The position numbers and the translations under genes are program-made. Below, one piece after another: positions 1 to 12,297 of a stretch of DNA of 29,812 nucleotides. Position 1 is the stretch's first letter; every line of letters begins with the position of its first letter. The DNA lies in contig JAQGDQ010001681.1 in the NCBI GenBank assembly GCA_030141605.1, positions 1-29,812 of the forward strand, read 5' to 3'. Under the pieces are notes generated by a model that saw only the letters and a list, made by a program, of their open reading frames with translations, ran no database searches and was not told the origin of the DNA. The DNA is from Tubiluchus corallicola (Eukaryota > Animalia > Priapulida).

Positions 1-95
1 TTCTGAGCAGTTTTGTTGGTGTAAGATATACACACATCTGAACAAGGGTGAGAGACATCTGCTAGCATTGCGTCTAATCTTTGAAGATTATGGTT
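1..95 (+). repeat. Second, inverted copy of the same element body (head presumably outside the window)
   Basis: TTCTGAGCAGTTTTGT (1-16) is the reverse complement of 338-353, and CATTGCGTCTAAT (66-78) is the reverse complement of 276-288. Confidence 0.7.
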
Positions 96-254
96 GAAAA
101 TTAAAGAGGTTCCGGTCCTTTGAGTAAGTCCTGTCACTGAATGCCTAAGTTCAGGTGGCCAAACTGCCACAGTAAAACTACGTCTGACGTTTAAAGTTGT
201 TGGTCTTTTGAACTCTTCAAGTTTTCTAGCTGGAGCAATATTTATGCGTAGTAG

Positions 255-459
255 TACCAATCATTACCTACAAAAATTAGACGCAATGTTGGCGGACGTC
301 TCTCGTTCAAGTTCAGATATGCATGCATTCTATCCCTACAAAACTGCTCAGAAGGAGTACCGAACCCGATGATCACCAAACCATTTACTGACCAGTCTTA
401 GCGTTACTTAACCTCAATTGTTAAGCACGCTCACAGTAATCACATCGGTTATACACCCC
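255..459 (-). mobile_element. Degenerate SINE-like element with a 5S rRNA-related segment
   Basis: Minus strand 415-371 reads GAGGTTAAGTAACGCTAAGACTGGTCAGTAAATGGTTTGGTGATC, which resembles the 5S rRNA internal control region (GAAGTTAAGC...GGTTAGTACTTGGATGGGTGACC). Its body (353 to ~260) is homologous to 1-95 in the opposite orientation. Confidence 0.5.
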
Positions 460-627
460 TCCGAAACATGGCGAGTGATAAAATCCAACAAAGTTTGCAA
501 CAAATTTGGCTTTGAAGTGACTGTTTACTATAGAAGGTCCCATGGGTTTCAAGGTGTGGCTTTGTTGTTCGTTTCTTCAAAGTAATCATTGAAATTCCGC
601 TGTTTTTGGCTAATTAATAAAAGTAAG

Positions 628-1345
<718 letters not shown>

Positions 1346-1649
1346 TACAGCTTTCACCGTTATTATTCTTCTAAAACATATAAATTTTTACAACTCGACA
1401 TATTTTGCCTTTGGAAAGCAATAAAAGTCCATGGTTAGTACCAGATTGCTTTTTGCTAAATAAGATAGATGACTCCAAGGATGCACACGAGATTGTGAAA
1501 TTGTGGAGAAAAACTCAAAAACTTGTTTAATCTTGACAATAATGATCATTCTTAATTTTAAAATCAATAAAAGCAGTAAGAACCTTTGACTGCACATGAA
1601 AGTTTTGACAAGAAGACTTTTATCGGGGAACATTTTATTGTTCTAGTCA

Positions 1650-1850
1650 TTAAAGAAAAGAGCAAGTCCCTTAGCATGTCGAGTTCGTTTTACTGTTGTC
1701 ACTTAAACTGTTTGTGGTGTGTTAAGGGAAAGGACAAGTCCCTTAGCATGTTGAGTTTGTTTTACTGTTGTCACTAAAACTGTTTGTGGTGTGTTAAAGG
1801 AAAAGACAAGTCCCTTAGCATGTTGAGTTTGTGTTACTGTTGTCACTAAA
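1650..1850. repeat. 72-bp tandem repeat, ~2.8 copies
   Basis: CAAGTCCCTTAGCATGT recurs at 1663, 1735 and 1807. Confidence 0.95.
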
Positions 1851-2087
1851 TATAACGAAAGGCACACGAAATATATTACAGGTACTTAAAAACATTTATA
1901 GTTAGAAAGTTAATAAAGTTGTGTTGTTTTTAACTATAACGAAGAAATTTGCAAAATCTGTCAATAAAGCACAAGGTTATGGTTCTACAACTAGTGGACT
2001 TCGTGACTTTTCGAAAGCACATCGTGGCTTTCCGTAAGTTCGTTACTTTAAACTATTTTAAAGTTTTGCAACTTACCTAATATATTA

Positions 2088-2209
2088 TAATGTAATGTAA
2101 TGTAATGTAAAGTAACGCAATGTAACGTAACGTAACGTAACGTAACGTAACGTAACGTAACGTAACGTAACGTAACGTAACGTAACATAACATAACATAA
2201 CATAACATA

Positions 2210-2275
<66 letters not shown>

Positions 2276-2313
2276 GCGTGTGCGTGTGCGTGTGCGTGTG
2301 CGCATGTGTGTGT
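2088..2313. repeat. Compound SSR (TAATG/TAACG/TAACA)n-(TA)n-(TG)n-(CGTGTG)n
   Basis: Directly visible. Confidence 0.97.
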
Positions 2314-3427
2314 GATGAATGCGAGGTGGGACGTTAGCTGACTGGTTACATAATATGTACTTAGCAACTGAAGTCAATGAATAGACGAATAATTGCCGGG
2401 TTCGTCACTCATACTGGGTTGTTTCATTTACCATGCTGGTCCTGGCTGTTTACCTTGTATGAAGGCATAATCTATTCTGCACGTGACTTTTAGGCACTTC
2501 ATCGGGCTTAGCGTAAAACTAGCTAGATTTCGGTCTTCCCACACATATTGACGTGAAATTCGGGTACTAAACTGTTCTGATTGCTCACAAAGTAGAGCTT
2601 TAATAGACTGTCAAAAAGCTTGTTAAGAAGCTATGAATATTGCGTCACGATTAAAGGACAAGCTAACAGAATTCTTATAATTATAATGTTGAAAATTTCG
2701 TCTTGAAATTACGTATCAACTTATCAAGTTATCAGTTTAATAATTAAAAACGCATCAAAGCAATAATGTCATAATTTATTTACAACAAATTGCACTCATC
2801 CTGATTTTAAGTTATTTATTATTTTGTTATTAAACTTATTTTGTTTAAATTTATACGTTATCATATATGATAATTATCATGTAACGTTAATAGTCAATTG
2901 CTGTACTAAACGGAGGAGAACCTGATAGTATAATGTTCCTTTCTCTTCCTACAAAGGACTCGCATAAATGAATTCATTCATTCATTCATGTCACCTACAT
3001 GCTGTCGTACTGCACACCGAGTTTGTACAAGGAGAGAAGTTGTATAAAGCTCTGTTTACACTGCGCGAATTTTGCTTATTTCTGCCGCGTGACTCAGACG
3101 CATACACGTCCAGAACTCGCCTTGTAAACTGTACTCGCCATACGTTTTTCACGACTCATGCGATAGACGTATGCACAAAACATAAATTGTAATTTCTAAG
3201 CAGGATGCACGGTCCAGACCAATCGCATGGCTGAGACTGGGTCACGTGCTTATGGTGTGCTGCACTTCGAAAAAAAGAAAAGAATAGCGTCTTTACAGTG
3301 TGAATTCCCTTGTGGACTTACGAGACAAACGGACAACAATAACCTGATATAGCCCAGGAAGCCAATAGAATGAGACATTTTCTAATGGATATTTTTGTAC
3401 GTACTAAATCTATGCTACACAAAACAG

Positions 3428-4043
3428 TTAAAGGAAGATTGGATGATCTTTTACATACTACCCCATTTTCAAGTCTGATAAAAACTATACATTTTAACAC
3501 AATTGACGCTGCAAAACCGTTTCTGATAATCAAATGATAGATTAAAAACTTAATTAACGGCGGGTGAGCCCAACTATTGATGACATCACAAACTAACATA
3601 ATTTTCAACAGCAAAAAATTGAATTACAAGGCAAAGCGAAAATTGAAGTACAGCGTTACTGTAAGATATTCAGTGTGTCGTACTAAAACTAGGCAAGTTT
3701 TAAGATAAAAATTCAAATTTCAAATTTACCGCTGAGCTCATGCATGAGCTGTCGAACGTGTGTAGTTCGTCACAAACTAACGCATGTGAGGTGAGAGGTA
3801 CAGCACCTGTTTTTTGTGCAATGCGTTTCTGAAATGCAGGCGCTAGTGCCTGTCTGATCAGCGAATGGGGAAATGCATGTAACAGTGGTGAAGAACTAGT
3901 GTCGCGAACGTGAAATTGTGCTTGTGTGGTAATAATTCTTTCACGTAAGTCATTTTTGAAAAAAATAGTAGGTTTCCTTTCAATATTTTAAAGAGTAGAT
4001 TGTTTAGACCTACAGTTTAAGATTGGTTCCGGTTTTGCTTTAA
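3428..4043 (+). mobile_element. Non-autonomous DNA transposon family A, copy 1 (TTAA-flanked, Kolobok-like)
   Basis: Starts TTAA-AGGAAGATTGGA and ends TCCGGTTTTGCT-TTAA (imperfect TIRs, TTAA on both sides). Homologous to 19113-19686 and, inverted, to 27050-27498. TTAA targets with RR termini are the Kolobok hallmark. Confidence 0.8.
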
Positions 4044-4769
4044 TTGTTGAAATTTTCTGTTGTTTATAAATCGCACAACAGGGTTGGAAAATAAACATCA
4101 ATGTTGATTAGAATCCATTATTCATTGCGATAAGATAAATTTTGTTGAATGTTGATCATCTACATAAATAACACGAACAGTTAAAGTTCTTTATCGACGA
4201 TAGAGGTCGTTTTAAATAAACGACTACTTTTTTAAATCGTATATTTGTTTAAATGATCGTGATTTAGCTGCTGTCAATTTACAAGCAGAAATGCGACCAT
4301 TAAGAAACTGGTGACTTCCTTGGAAGGAATATATTGCCAAGTCAGTTTTGCTTTGATTTTTTTCATCAAATTTAAAGTATTACTATATAAACATCATTGC
4401 TAACATTGCTTTGCTAGTTTATTTGCAAATGTGGCACACATTACAAAGAGATACATGTATGCTTCTATCTGAAGTATACTGGAGCTTTTAAAACACACTT
4501 TGTAAAGTTAAAATAGTCTGTTTGAAACATTATGAAATTCAGCCAGTCCTGTTTGTTTTATTCTCTAAATCTAAGGTTGTTTTCACGCTACAGTCATTAT
4601 TCTCCTAATACTTATTAATAATGATTCTTCCACTATGTAAACTTTGCTTATGTCAGATTAATTATGTACTGTGGTTGTGACGTTTCCCTCAATCACATGT
4701 ATGAGGTACAATTTTCTTTTCTTTTCTTTTCTTTATGCACATCTTTCTACGTTATTTCCATTATTTCCA

Positions 4770-4774
4770 TTATA

Positions 4775-4813
<39 letters not shown>

Positions 4814-4866
4814 TATGTAATTAGTTATATATAATTATTATACTTATATATAATTAGTTATATATA
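4770..4866. repeat. (TA)n-rich low-complexity tract
   Basis: Directly visible. Confidence 0.9.
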
Positions 4867-4890
4867 GTTTTTAGTACAGTTATAATATGT

Positions 4891-4952
4891 ATTTTATGCT
4901 TTATAAAAGCAACGTCGGTGGTCACATTCGTGGAACAGAAAAATAACGCGCG

Positions 4953-4993
<41 letters not shown>

Positions 4994-5085
4994 TAATTAT
5001 ATATATATATATATATGTATGTCTGCGCGTTATTTTCCTTTTCCACGAATGTGACCACCGACGTTGCTTTTATAAAGCATAAAAT
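4891..5085. repeat. Fold-back inverted repeat (~75-bp unique arms) around a (TA)n core
   Basis: ATTTTATGCTTTATAAAAGCAACGTCGGTGGTCACATTCGTGGAA (from 4891) has its exact reverse complement at 5041-5085; the arms continue inward with a few mismatches. Confidence 0.95.
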
Positions 5086-5589
5086 CGTCTATCTGTTACA
5101 AGAAAGATTAAATCTTAGAATTTTATGTTGACACATGTTAGCTGTTGTTCGTTAAACAAGAAAGAAGTAATTGAGTAATCAAATTTAAGACTAAATTCCG
5201 CGAAGATTCCTCGCGCAAATAGAACATGCAGTATTTCTACCAAATTCCTCACGAGGAGGACGCACAGCTTTTAGCTGGCGGCAGAATATCTCATTGCTGC
5301 GCATTCTCACTGTGAAATGGCCTTAGTCTTAGAAGTACGCGTTGGACGCGCCATGTAAACAGACCTTAAAACTTGTAAATTTAAATTCACGTGTTGAAAG
5401 TAAGGCGCAGCCATTTTAAAGCTATTCGTTGAGTTGGAATTTGAAGCAAATTTATAAAACATCGCGTTAAGTTACGAAAAATAATCAGAGCATCCGCGCG
5501 GCTCCGTCCATTAACTAAACAAAAATGAAATTACTTTATTTTGTCAATAAAATTAATAAAATGTTCTTTGGTGAACCAGCGACGTTTTA

Positions 5590-6185
5590 CCAGTTTGTGC
5601 AAACATTTAAATTATTAAAATTTCCAATCATTGAAGCACACAAAGAATATTTTACTCGACTTTTTATATTTAAATACATTAACAACATCAGAAAACTATT
5701 CCAGAATAACAGATTTACCTTTTTCCAAATCCTATTGTTAATTCCAGAACAAGCAATCTAAAACAAATTAGGACAAATACCCACTATGGAACGAACTCTG
5801 TAATCAAACAAGCAATTTTACTTTGGAATTCTCTACCATTACAGGTTAAACAAATCAAGTCCCTATCAGCATTTAAAACAAAATTAAAATCACTAATATT
5901 AACCAGATATGAAATACCATCACACCAGTACGACAACATACACACTAATTCAGAATTCATATACCCACGGCCATATTAATTAAATCATAGTTTTTTTTTC
6001 ATTTTTTTGTGCATAGTTGTAAATATGTTTGATTTTATTCGTCATTACTGCACAGTAGTTTAGATTGCACTGACGCATTTGCCTTCAGTAGTGCAAGTTT
6101 TTATTAACTAACACTGATTGATCATCTCTGTAAAGTTTTTATCAGTGATTATCAATGTATTTTAATGGCAAATAAACATTATATG
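5590..6185 (+). mobile_element. 3' fragment of a CR1/L2-group LINE (ORF2 C-terminus plus 3' UTR)
   Basis: Translation near 5765-5975 gives IRTNTHYGTNSVIKQAILLWNSLPLQVKQIKSLSAFKTKLKSLIL, the typical WNxLP...S...FKxxLK tail of CR1/L2 ORF2. It is frameshifted relative to the upstream part and followed by a T-rich UTR with AATAAA at ~6171. Confidence 0.8.
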
Positions 6186-6559
6186 TATATATATATAAAT
6201 TTTCTTTTCCAGTTACTTAGGCTTTTCTAACTGGCAAGTATAGTGCCAAGTAATATTACTTTTTACAAGTTATATAAGTTGTTTGGGGCATATTTTAAAA
6301 TTCCATTTCTTCTCCTTTAGTTTTACCAACAAAAACAGGTGATTTCAGAATGTTTAATTTCCATTTTAATTTCAAAACTGCTGCATTTATTGCTAATTTT
6401 ACCAAATGTTGCCTTAAGCTGATTACTAATTAGTTAATATGCATGTAAATCTGAGCACTCAACGACTGAGATCCAAAAAGACGCTTTTAGCTGTTAGGCA
6501 GAAGATGCTTTAGATAGAACAATCATATGTAAGGGGTAGTGCAACTGTCGTTATCATAT

Positions 6560-6750
6560 ATGCTACTGATGCTGTTGCTGATGCTGCTGTTATTGCTGCC
6601 GCTGCTGCTGCTGCTGCTGCTACTGCTGCCACTGCTGCTATTGCTACTACTACTACTACTATTACTACTACCACCACCACCACCACCACCACCACCAACA
6701 CCACCACCACCACCACCACCAACCACCACCACCACCACCACCAACACCAT

Positions 6751-6793
<43 letters not shown>

Positions 6794-6797
6794 GCTG

Positions 6798-6853
<56 letters not shown>

Positions 6854-6854
6854 G

Positions 6855-6947
<93 letters not shown>

Positions 6948-7012
6948 TTACTACTACTACTTCTACTATTACTACTACTACTACTGCAACAACAAGTACT
7001 ACTACTATTACT

Positions 7013-7084
<72 letters not shown>

Positions 7085-7085
7085 G

Positions 7086-7124
<39 letters not shown>

Positions 7125-7178
7125 GGAATAATAGTAGTAGTACTAGTAATATTAGTATTACTACTGCTGCTACTACTA

Positions 7179-7209
<31 letters not shown>

Positions 7210-7240
7210 CACTACCACTACTACCACTACTGCTGCTGCC
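6560..7240. repeat. Compound trinucleotide microsatellite (CTG)n-(CCA)n-(CTA)n
   Basis: Directly visible; it explains the polyV/T/P ORFs. Confidence 0.98.
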
Positions 7241-7493
7241 ATATTATTTTCTCGGAGTGATTTTGCTTTCAAACTTTATAATCAATCCTGTGATATTTAA
7301 CCTTAATTATGAATCGTAAATTCGTAATAATAAAATATTCAAAACGCGCATATATCGTAACACCAGTCTCGTTTTATTGTAATTGTTATTGTTATCGGAA
7401 AATTGTAAACATCGATTCTTTGTCACAGTTTCGCATAACATTTGAAACGTTGATCGACAGTAATAATTTAAAGATAAATAATCAAAGCTTTTA

Positions 7494-7562
7494 AGGCGTG
7501 TTCAGACTACCAAGTTTTCTCGCCAAGTAACTCGTCAAGTAACTCTTCAAGTAACTCGTCGT
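7494..7562 (+). mobile_element. Truncated left end of a Harbinger-like MITE (family of 12526-12880)
   Basis: GGCGTGTTCAGACTACCAAGTTTTCT matches the reverse complement of 12852-12877; shares the AAGTAACTCG subrepeats. Confidence 0.65.
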
Positions 7563-7623
7563 TACACATGTATACAGAAATATGGAAGAGATGAGTCTAT
7601 ATTCATCTGAGGCGCATATTTAA

Positions 7624-8172
7624 TTAAAGGAAAACCGGATGATTCTGTAAACCTTAGTTCAGAATAAAGAACGGTCTGAAATACTGAAAATTACACTAGC
7701 TTTTTATAAATCAAAGCTTAGATTAAATAATAATTACCTCGGATACTCAAATTTTGTTAAACGTTCTAAGCTACGCGCGGCTCAGTGAATCTACTAAGAT
7801 TGGCAGCGGCGCCTTTTTGTCACGTGCGCGTTGCCGACAAATAGAAGGCGGTACCGTGATAAGCATGATCTTGAACTGCAGTGTTAGCTTCTAGCGTCAT
7901 ATGATGTAGAACCCATTTTTCGTGACATCATGCGTTTAAACAGTACTGTAGACCTCACGCAAACGTGCTTGATGCGCAAAGGAAGACGCTTGCCATTGCA
8001 CAAACCGTGATTAGTTTCTGACGTAAGCAAAAGCTGTGTTCGGTTGCCGTTAATTAACTTTCTAAGCTAATTATTCAAATATAAGGAACAATTGTTAACT
8101 TTTATAGGCAAGAAAATGTATATTTTGGACAGTAAATTAAAATGAGATTGAGTCTAAGCAAGGTTCTTTTAA
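7624..8172 (+). mobile_element. Possible Kolobok-like MITE
   Basis: Begins TTAA-AGGAAAACCGGA, closely matching the family A TIR. The right end (GGTTCTTTTAA) is only a weak match. Confidence 0.35.
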
Positions 8173-8186
8173 GTTTAAAAACCTTC

Positions 8187-8353
8187 CTTATGCCATTGTT
8201 GCATGACATGACATTCTTATGCCATTGTTGCGTGACATGACATTCTTATGCCATTGTTGCATGACATGACATTCTTTTGCCATTGTTGCATGGCATGACG
8301 TTCTTATGCCATTGTTGCATGACATGACATTCTTAAGCCATTGTTGCATGTCA
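8187..8353. repeat. 29-bp minisatellite, ~5.7 copies
   Basis: Unit TTATGCCATTGTTGCATGACATGACATTC. Confidence 0.97.
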
Positions 8354-8876
8354 CACATTGTTTCTCTAGAGCACATTCGTCAAAATTAATCCATAGTGAA
8401 CAACAGTAATTTTTGAAGAGAAACGATTTAATCTTAGCATTATAATTACTAAACTCTCTTATTATTTAGTATTTTTGCGGACAAAAAAAAAACAGTTGCG
8501 TTCGGTCCTCATTTGTCCTCATCATCTTTCAAATCATTGCAAACAGTATGACCAAGGTATTTAAGTTTGTGTGCAACCATTTGCGTTCTTCAAGTGCACA
8601 TGTCCTGACATTAGGGGCCACAGATGTTTTGGCAAAACATATAGGCTCTTTGATTCACTCGTATAAACATAATGTTGCTATCTGTCACGAGACATTCACT
8701 GCGCGCGCAGAAGGACTCCATAGTGAGGCCTTTAACTCATTTCTTTAAGAACTTTTTTTTCTTGAGGGAAAAATGATAATAATTAGAAAAACAGATTATA
8801 ATAGTCAATTAAAAGGATTTATAGTTAAATACAACACAACTTTATTAAAATTATTACATTAAAAAGTTAAAATCAT

Positions 8877-8917
8877 GCCAAACGTTTTGATAGGCTGCTG
8901 CTGTCGTCATCAGTGGT
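8877..8917 (-). ncRNA. Degenerate minimal type I hammerhead ribozyme motif
   Basis: Minus strand ACCA-CTGATGA-C-GACAG-CAGCAGC-CTATC-AAAACGTT-TGGC: CUGAUGA core intact, GAAA mutated to AAAA. Confidence 0.6.
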
Positions 8918-9230
8918 AAATTTACAAACATACAACCAGTTTATATAGGCAGAGCTTATTAAGCACTAATTAAGTAGTTAACAGAAGCCAAACAGGTAAT
9001 GAATAAACAGACAAGTAAAGAAATTAATACAGTAACTTGAGCACTAATTATGTATTTACAAAATTATCAGATGGGTAATGGTTAAGCAGACCTGAAGAAA
9101 AGAAAGTGATAGAGCAACAAATAGCAAAGCTCTCTTTTCTTCAGGTCTGCTTAATCATTACCTATTTGGCTTCTGTTAACTACGTAATTAGTGCTCTACC
9201 TATATAAACTGTTTGCATGTTTGTAAATTT

Positions 9231-9271
9231 GCCACTGATTATGACAGCAGCAGCCTGTCGAAGCGTTTGGC
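9231..9271 (+). ncRNA. Degenerate minimal type I hammerhead ribozyme motif
   Basis: GCCA-CTGATTA-T-GACAG-CAGCAGC-CTGTC-GAAGCGTT-TGGC: stems I and II perfect, two core substitutions. Confidence 0.6.
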
Positions 9272-10786
9272 GTGATTTTAACTTTTTAATGTAAAAAGAT
9301 TATAATAGATTACAATATCAGAAAAATTAGGAAAAAAGACATAAAAACAAATTTTTAGCTATTTGTAATAACTTGTATGTCTCGCGGGTCTCCATTTTTG
9401 GACACCCTGTATATTTTCTGCAAAATGAGTTTCAAATTTTTATTTACTTATGTATCCATTTCATCGTGTAACATTTTGAACGAAGCCATTTTCCCGTTGA
9501 CAATATAAAGTAACTTTTACATTTTTTGTTTGAAGAGCAGTGTAAACAAAAATTGCAAAAAAATGAATTTTTGTAAGCTAATGTGCATAAAACCAATCTA
9601 AAGGTAAAATAGTCTGAATCTGGTTAGTTTTTTTGCAAAAGCACCAAGAATTAAATTAGATGATAAAATGAGATCACTTATTAAAAATGACAATACATTC
9701 ACAATATACCGAGGCAAAAATCCAGCGACAGCAGGCAAATGGTTGATTTTACGCAAAGACAGCGGATGTCATTCGTTGATTGGTCGGTTAGAAACAATGG
9801 GAGCGACACTGGCGCGCATGCTCACGAACATTTCTTACTAAAATTCATTTATTGCTATTCTATCGATAAATTTACCTTTTTGATGCATAAAGAACAGTCG
9901 GAACGCTTTAAGAACATAAGCGGAGGGGTTAGTTTAAAGAGATTTTTATCATGGGAATACTGGGAGTGAGCGTAGCCTAGGTATCATAGGGTTCAAATAC
10001 TATTTTGTTGAAAGGAACGTGATTATTGAGAAAAATTCTCAAAGTATGCAACAACAAATTAGTTAATATAAAAAATTTAAGCTAGTTTCTTACATTTTTG
10101 TAGTTTATCAATATTTTTCACTAAGAAAAGTGAAAGCACACAGGTCATCTTACCAGGGGATATTAACAAAGTTCTGAAACCAAAGTCCTCTTTTTGCATC
10201 AAATATCTTTATATACATGTAATTTATAGTCCTGTCTGGTAGCCCAAAAAAGGAGAATTGACAGGATACTGCTGGTAAACTTTCGGGAATCATTCTTCAG
10301 GTAACATTAACAGCGATTTTGGCATTTTTGTATAATTTCACATTTTGGCCCGCTGTCCCGGGACACTAAATGCACATAAAGGTACAACTACAATTACAAA
10401 AATTTATCGATAAATTTAAAGATATGTATGTTACAGTGTTACGAGTGAAGCCAAAGAAAATCAATTATGAAGAAACTTTCAACACGGATGGTGGGATTAA
10501 ATAAGTGAAAAAATAAACATCAAATGCAAATTGCTTTAGCAAGATAACCACGGACAGCAAATGCAGATGATGATGATGCTCACGTTACTGATGATGAATG
10601 TGATGGTGATTATGACGACGACGATGACTAAGGATTGGTAAAAATGGAAATAGTGTATCAAGATTGATGACGTGATCAATATGTGCAATTTTCGCGCCGT
10701 GAAAAGACTCAGATTTAGAAAAATGATCAGGTTAAAGAGGCATAATTTTAGTTGCAGAAGTGGTCTGGCCTGCCGTGATGATAGTT

Positions 10787-11341
10787 TTAAAGGAAAAGTC
10801 AAGCCTTCCGGGAAGTTAGGCTTATTTCAATGTTCGTGAAAAATGTTAAAATGATTTAGTAATAAAAGTGTGGTGAGGGCCTCGCGTAATTAGTAAAATC
10901 ACTTTAAAGTTGCGATCACTTCATGTTTATTGTAAACACCCATTCTTCCACCAGTGACGTCGTTCGTCAACTGCAGAAAAGCAGCACACTGCCAATTTCG
11001 ATCAAAATTATAATGAGTTTTTACATAAATTAGATCGTTAATTTTGCGATGCTTTTGCATGAATGTTAGGTAAACTGCACATGTTTGAATTAGTTTAAGC
11101 AGCGCGCACTTACGGAAAGACACGACGTATTTAGTCGGCGAAGTCCACCAGTTACGTCATAATTTTTAAGTGAATGGTGGATGTTGGCTACCATTACCCC
11201 TGAAAATTTCTATACAGCGGTAGTATAAATTAGCTATTTATGTTTTACAGTTTTTTGTAAATTATTTATTACATTTTTCTAAGTTTAAATAATAATGATA
11301 ATATAAACCCAACATGTTTATAGGGTTTTCCTTTTCTTTAA
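10787..11341 (+). mobile_element. Non-autonomous DNA transposon family B (TTAA-AGG start, Kolobok-like)
   Basis: Starts TTAA-AGGAAAAG and ends near GGTTTTCCTTT...TTAA. The first ~140 bp are homologous to 21457-21595 and 28537-28675 (shared CTTCCGGGAAG and CTCGCGTAATTAGTAAAATCA). Confidence 0.6.
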
Positions 11342-11459
11342 TGATTTTATTCAACTAACTTTCTTACCTGTTAAAGGTTTTTTGCCTATGTATTCCGACG
11401 ACGTCTTGATTCTCTCTACTACCAAGTTGCGATCAATTCTTCTCACGGACACGTTGCTC

Positions 11460-11575
11460 AAGCTGCTTCCGGACCAATGAATCGGACATTTGAAGGAAGG
11501 GATCTTGAAAGGGCACCTCGGCGTGCGCAGTGCGCGTCGCACTTCAACTGCGCATGCGCACAGCGTGCGGCAATT
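11460..11575. promoter_or_regulatory. CpG-rich promoter-like patch
   Basis: Perfect NRF1-type palindrome TGCGCATGCGCA at 11549-11560, a similar site at 11524-11536, ETS-type CTTCCGG at 11466-11472 and CCAAT at 11474-11478. Confidence 0.45.
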
Positions 11576-11842
11576 TGGAGACTTTTTCGAGTGCCTTAAT
11601 TACTAAGTGCAACCTGAGAGTTTGATGTGCACTTGTCACTTACAGGAATGAGACAAGTTTGAAAGTTTGTGACACGTTGAAGGAAAATGGCAATTTGGCC
11701 TACATGCATTTGCACCTGATGTAGGCGATTAGGAAGAGACGAGCTTCGTGTAGATCGGCAGGGAACCAAGGTCAGTTGAAGGACGTCTAAGATCAGGGTG
11801 AAAGTTGAAATAGTTGCTGCGAAATTTACTGCCGTCTTCAGT

Positions 11843-12297
11843 AACAGTTGTGTAACAAAACTCCACGGCAACAGTTTGCACAACAAAACTCCACAGCAAC
11901 AGTTTGTACAACAAAACTCCACGGCAACAGTTTGTGCAACAAAACTCCACAGCAACAGTTTGCACATCAAAATTCCACAGCAACAGTTTGCACAACAAAA
12001 CTCCACAGCAACAGTTTGCACAACAAAACTCCGTAGCAACAATTTGTACAACAAAACTCCACAGCAACAGTTTGTGCAACAAAACTCCACAGCAACAGTT
12101 TGCACAACAAAACTCCACAGCAACAGTTTGTGCAAAAAACTCCACAGCAAAAATTTGCACAACAAAACTCCACAGCAACAGTTTGTACAACAAAACTCCA
12201 TGACAACAGTTTGCACAACAAAACTCCACAGCAACAGTTTGCACAACAAAACTCCACAGCAACAGTTTGTGCAACAAAATCCACAGCAAAAATTTGC
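11843..12297. repeat. 28-bp minisatellite, ~16 copies
   Basis: Unit ACAGTTTGCACAACAAAACTCCACAGCA (starts at 11871, 11899, 11927, 11955...); it explains the overlapping ORFs on both strands. Confidence 0.98.

Larger units (their letters stand above)
8854..9294. mobile_element. Fold-back element, probably derived from Penelope-like terminal repeats
   Basis: 8854-~9010 is an imperfect inverted repeat of ~9145-9294, with an inner inverted pair at ~9074-9102 and ~9134-9162. Each outer arm carries a hammerhead-like motif. Confidence 0.75.

Noticed and set aside
6510-7300. Mucin-like polyT/polyP ORF with a Leu-rich N-terminus
   Set aside because: Single-codon runs, a TTG/GTG-type start and no unique domain; the apparent signal peptide is a (CTG/CTA)n run.
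8187-8353. CRISPR-like periodicity
   Set aside because: Contiguous 29-bp units with no unique spacers and no cas genes.
9396-9413. Tc1/mariner-like end TTTTGGACACCCTGTATA
   Set aside because: No partner TIR found, so no element can be delimited.
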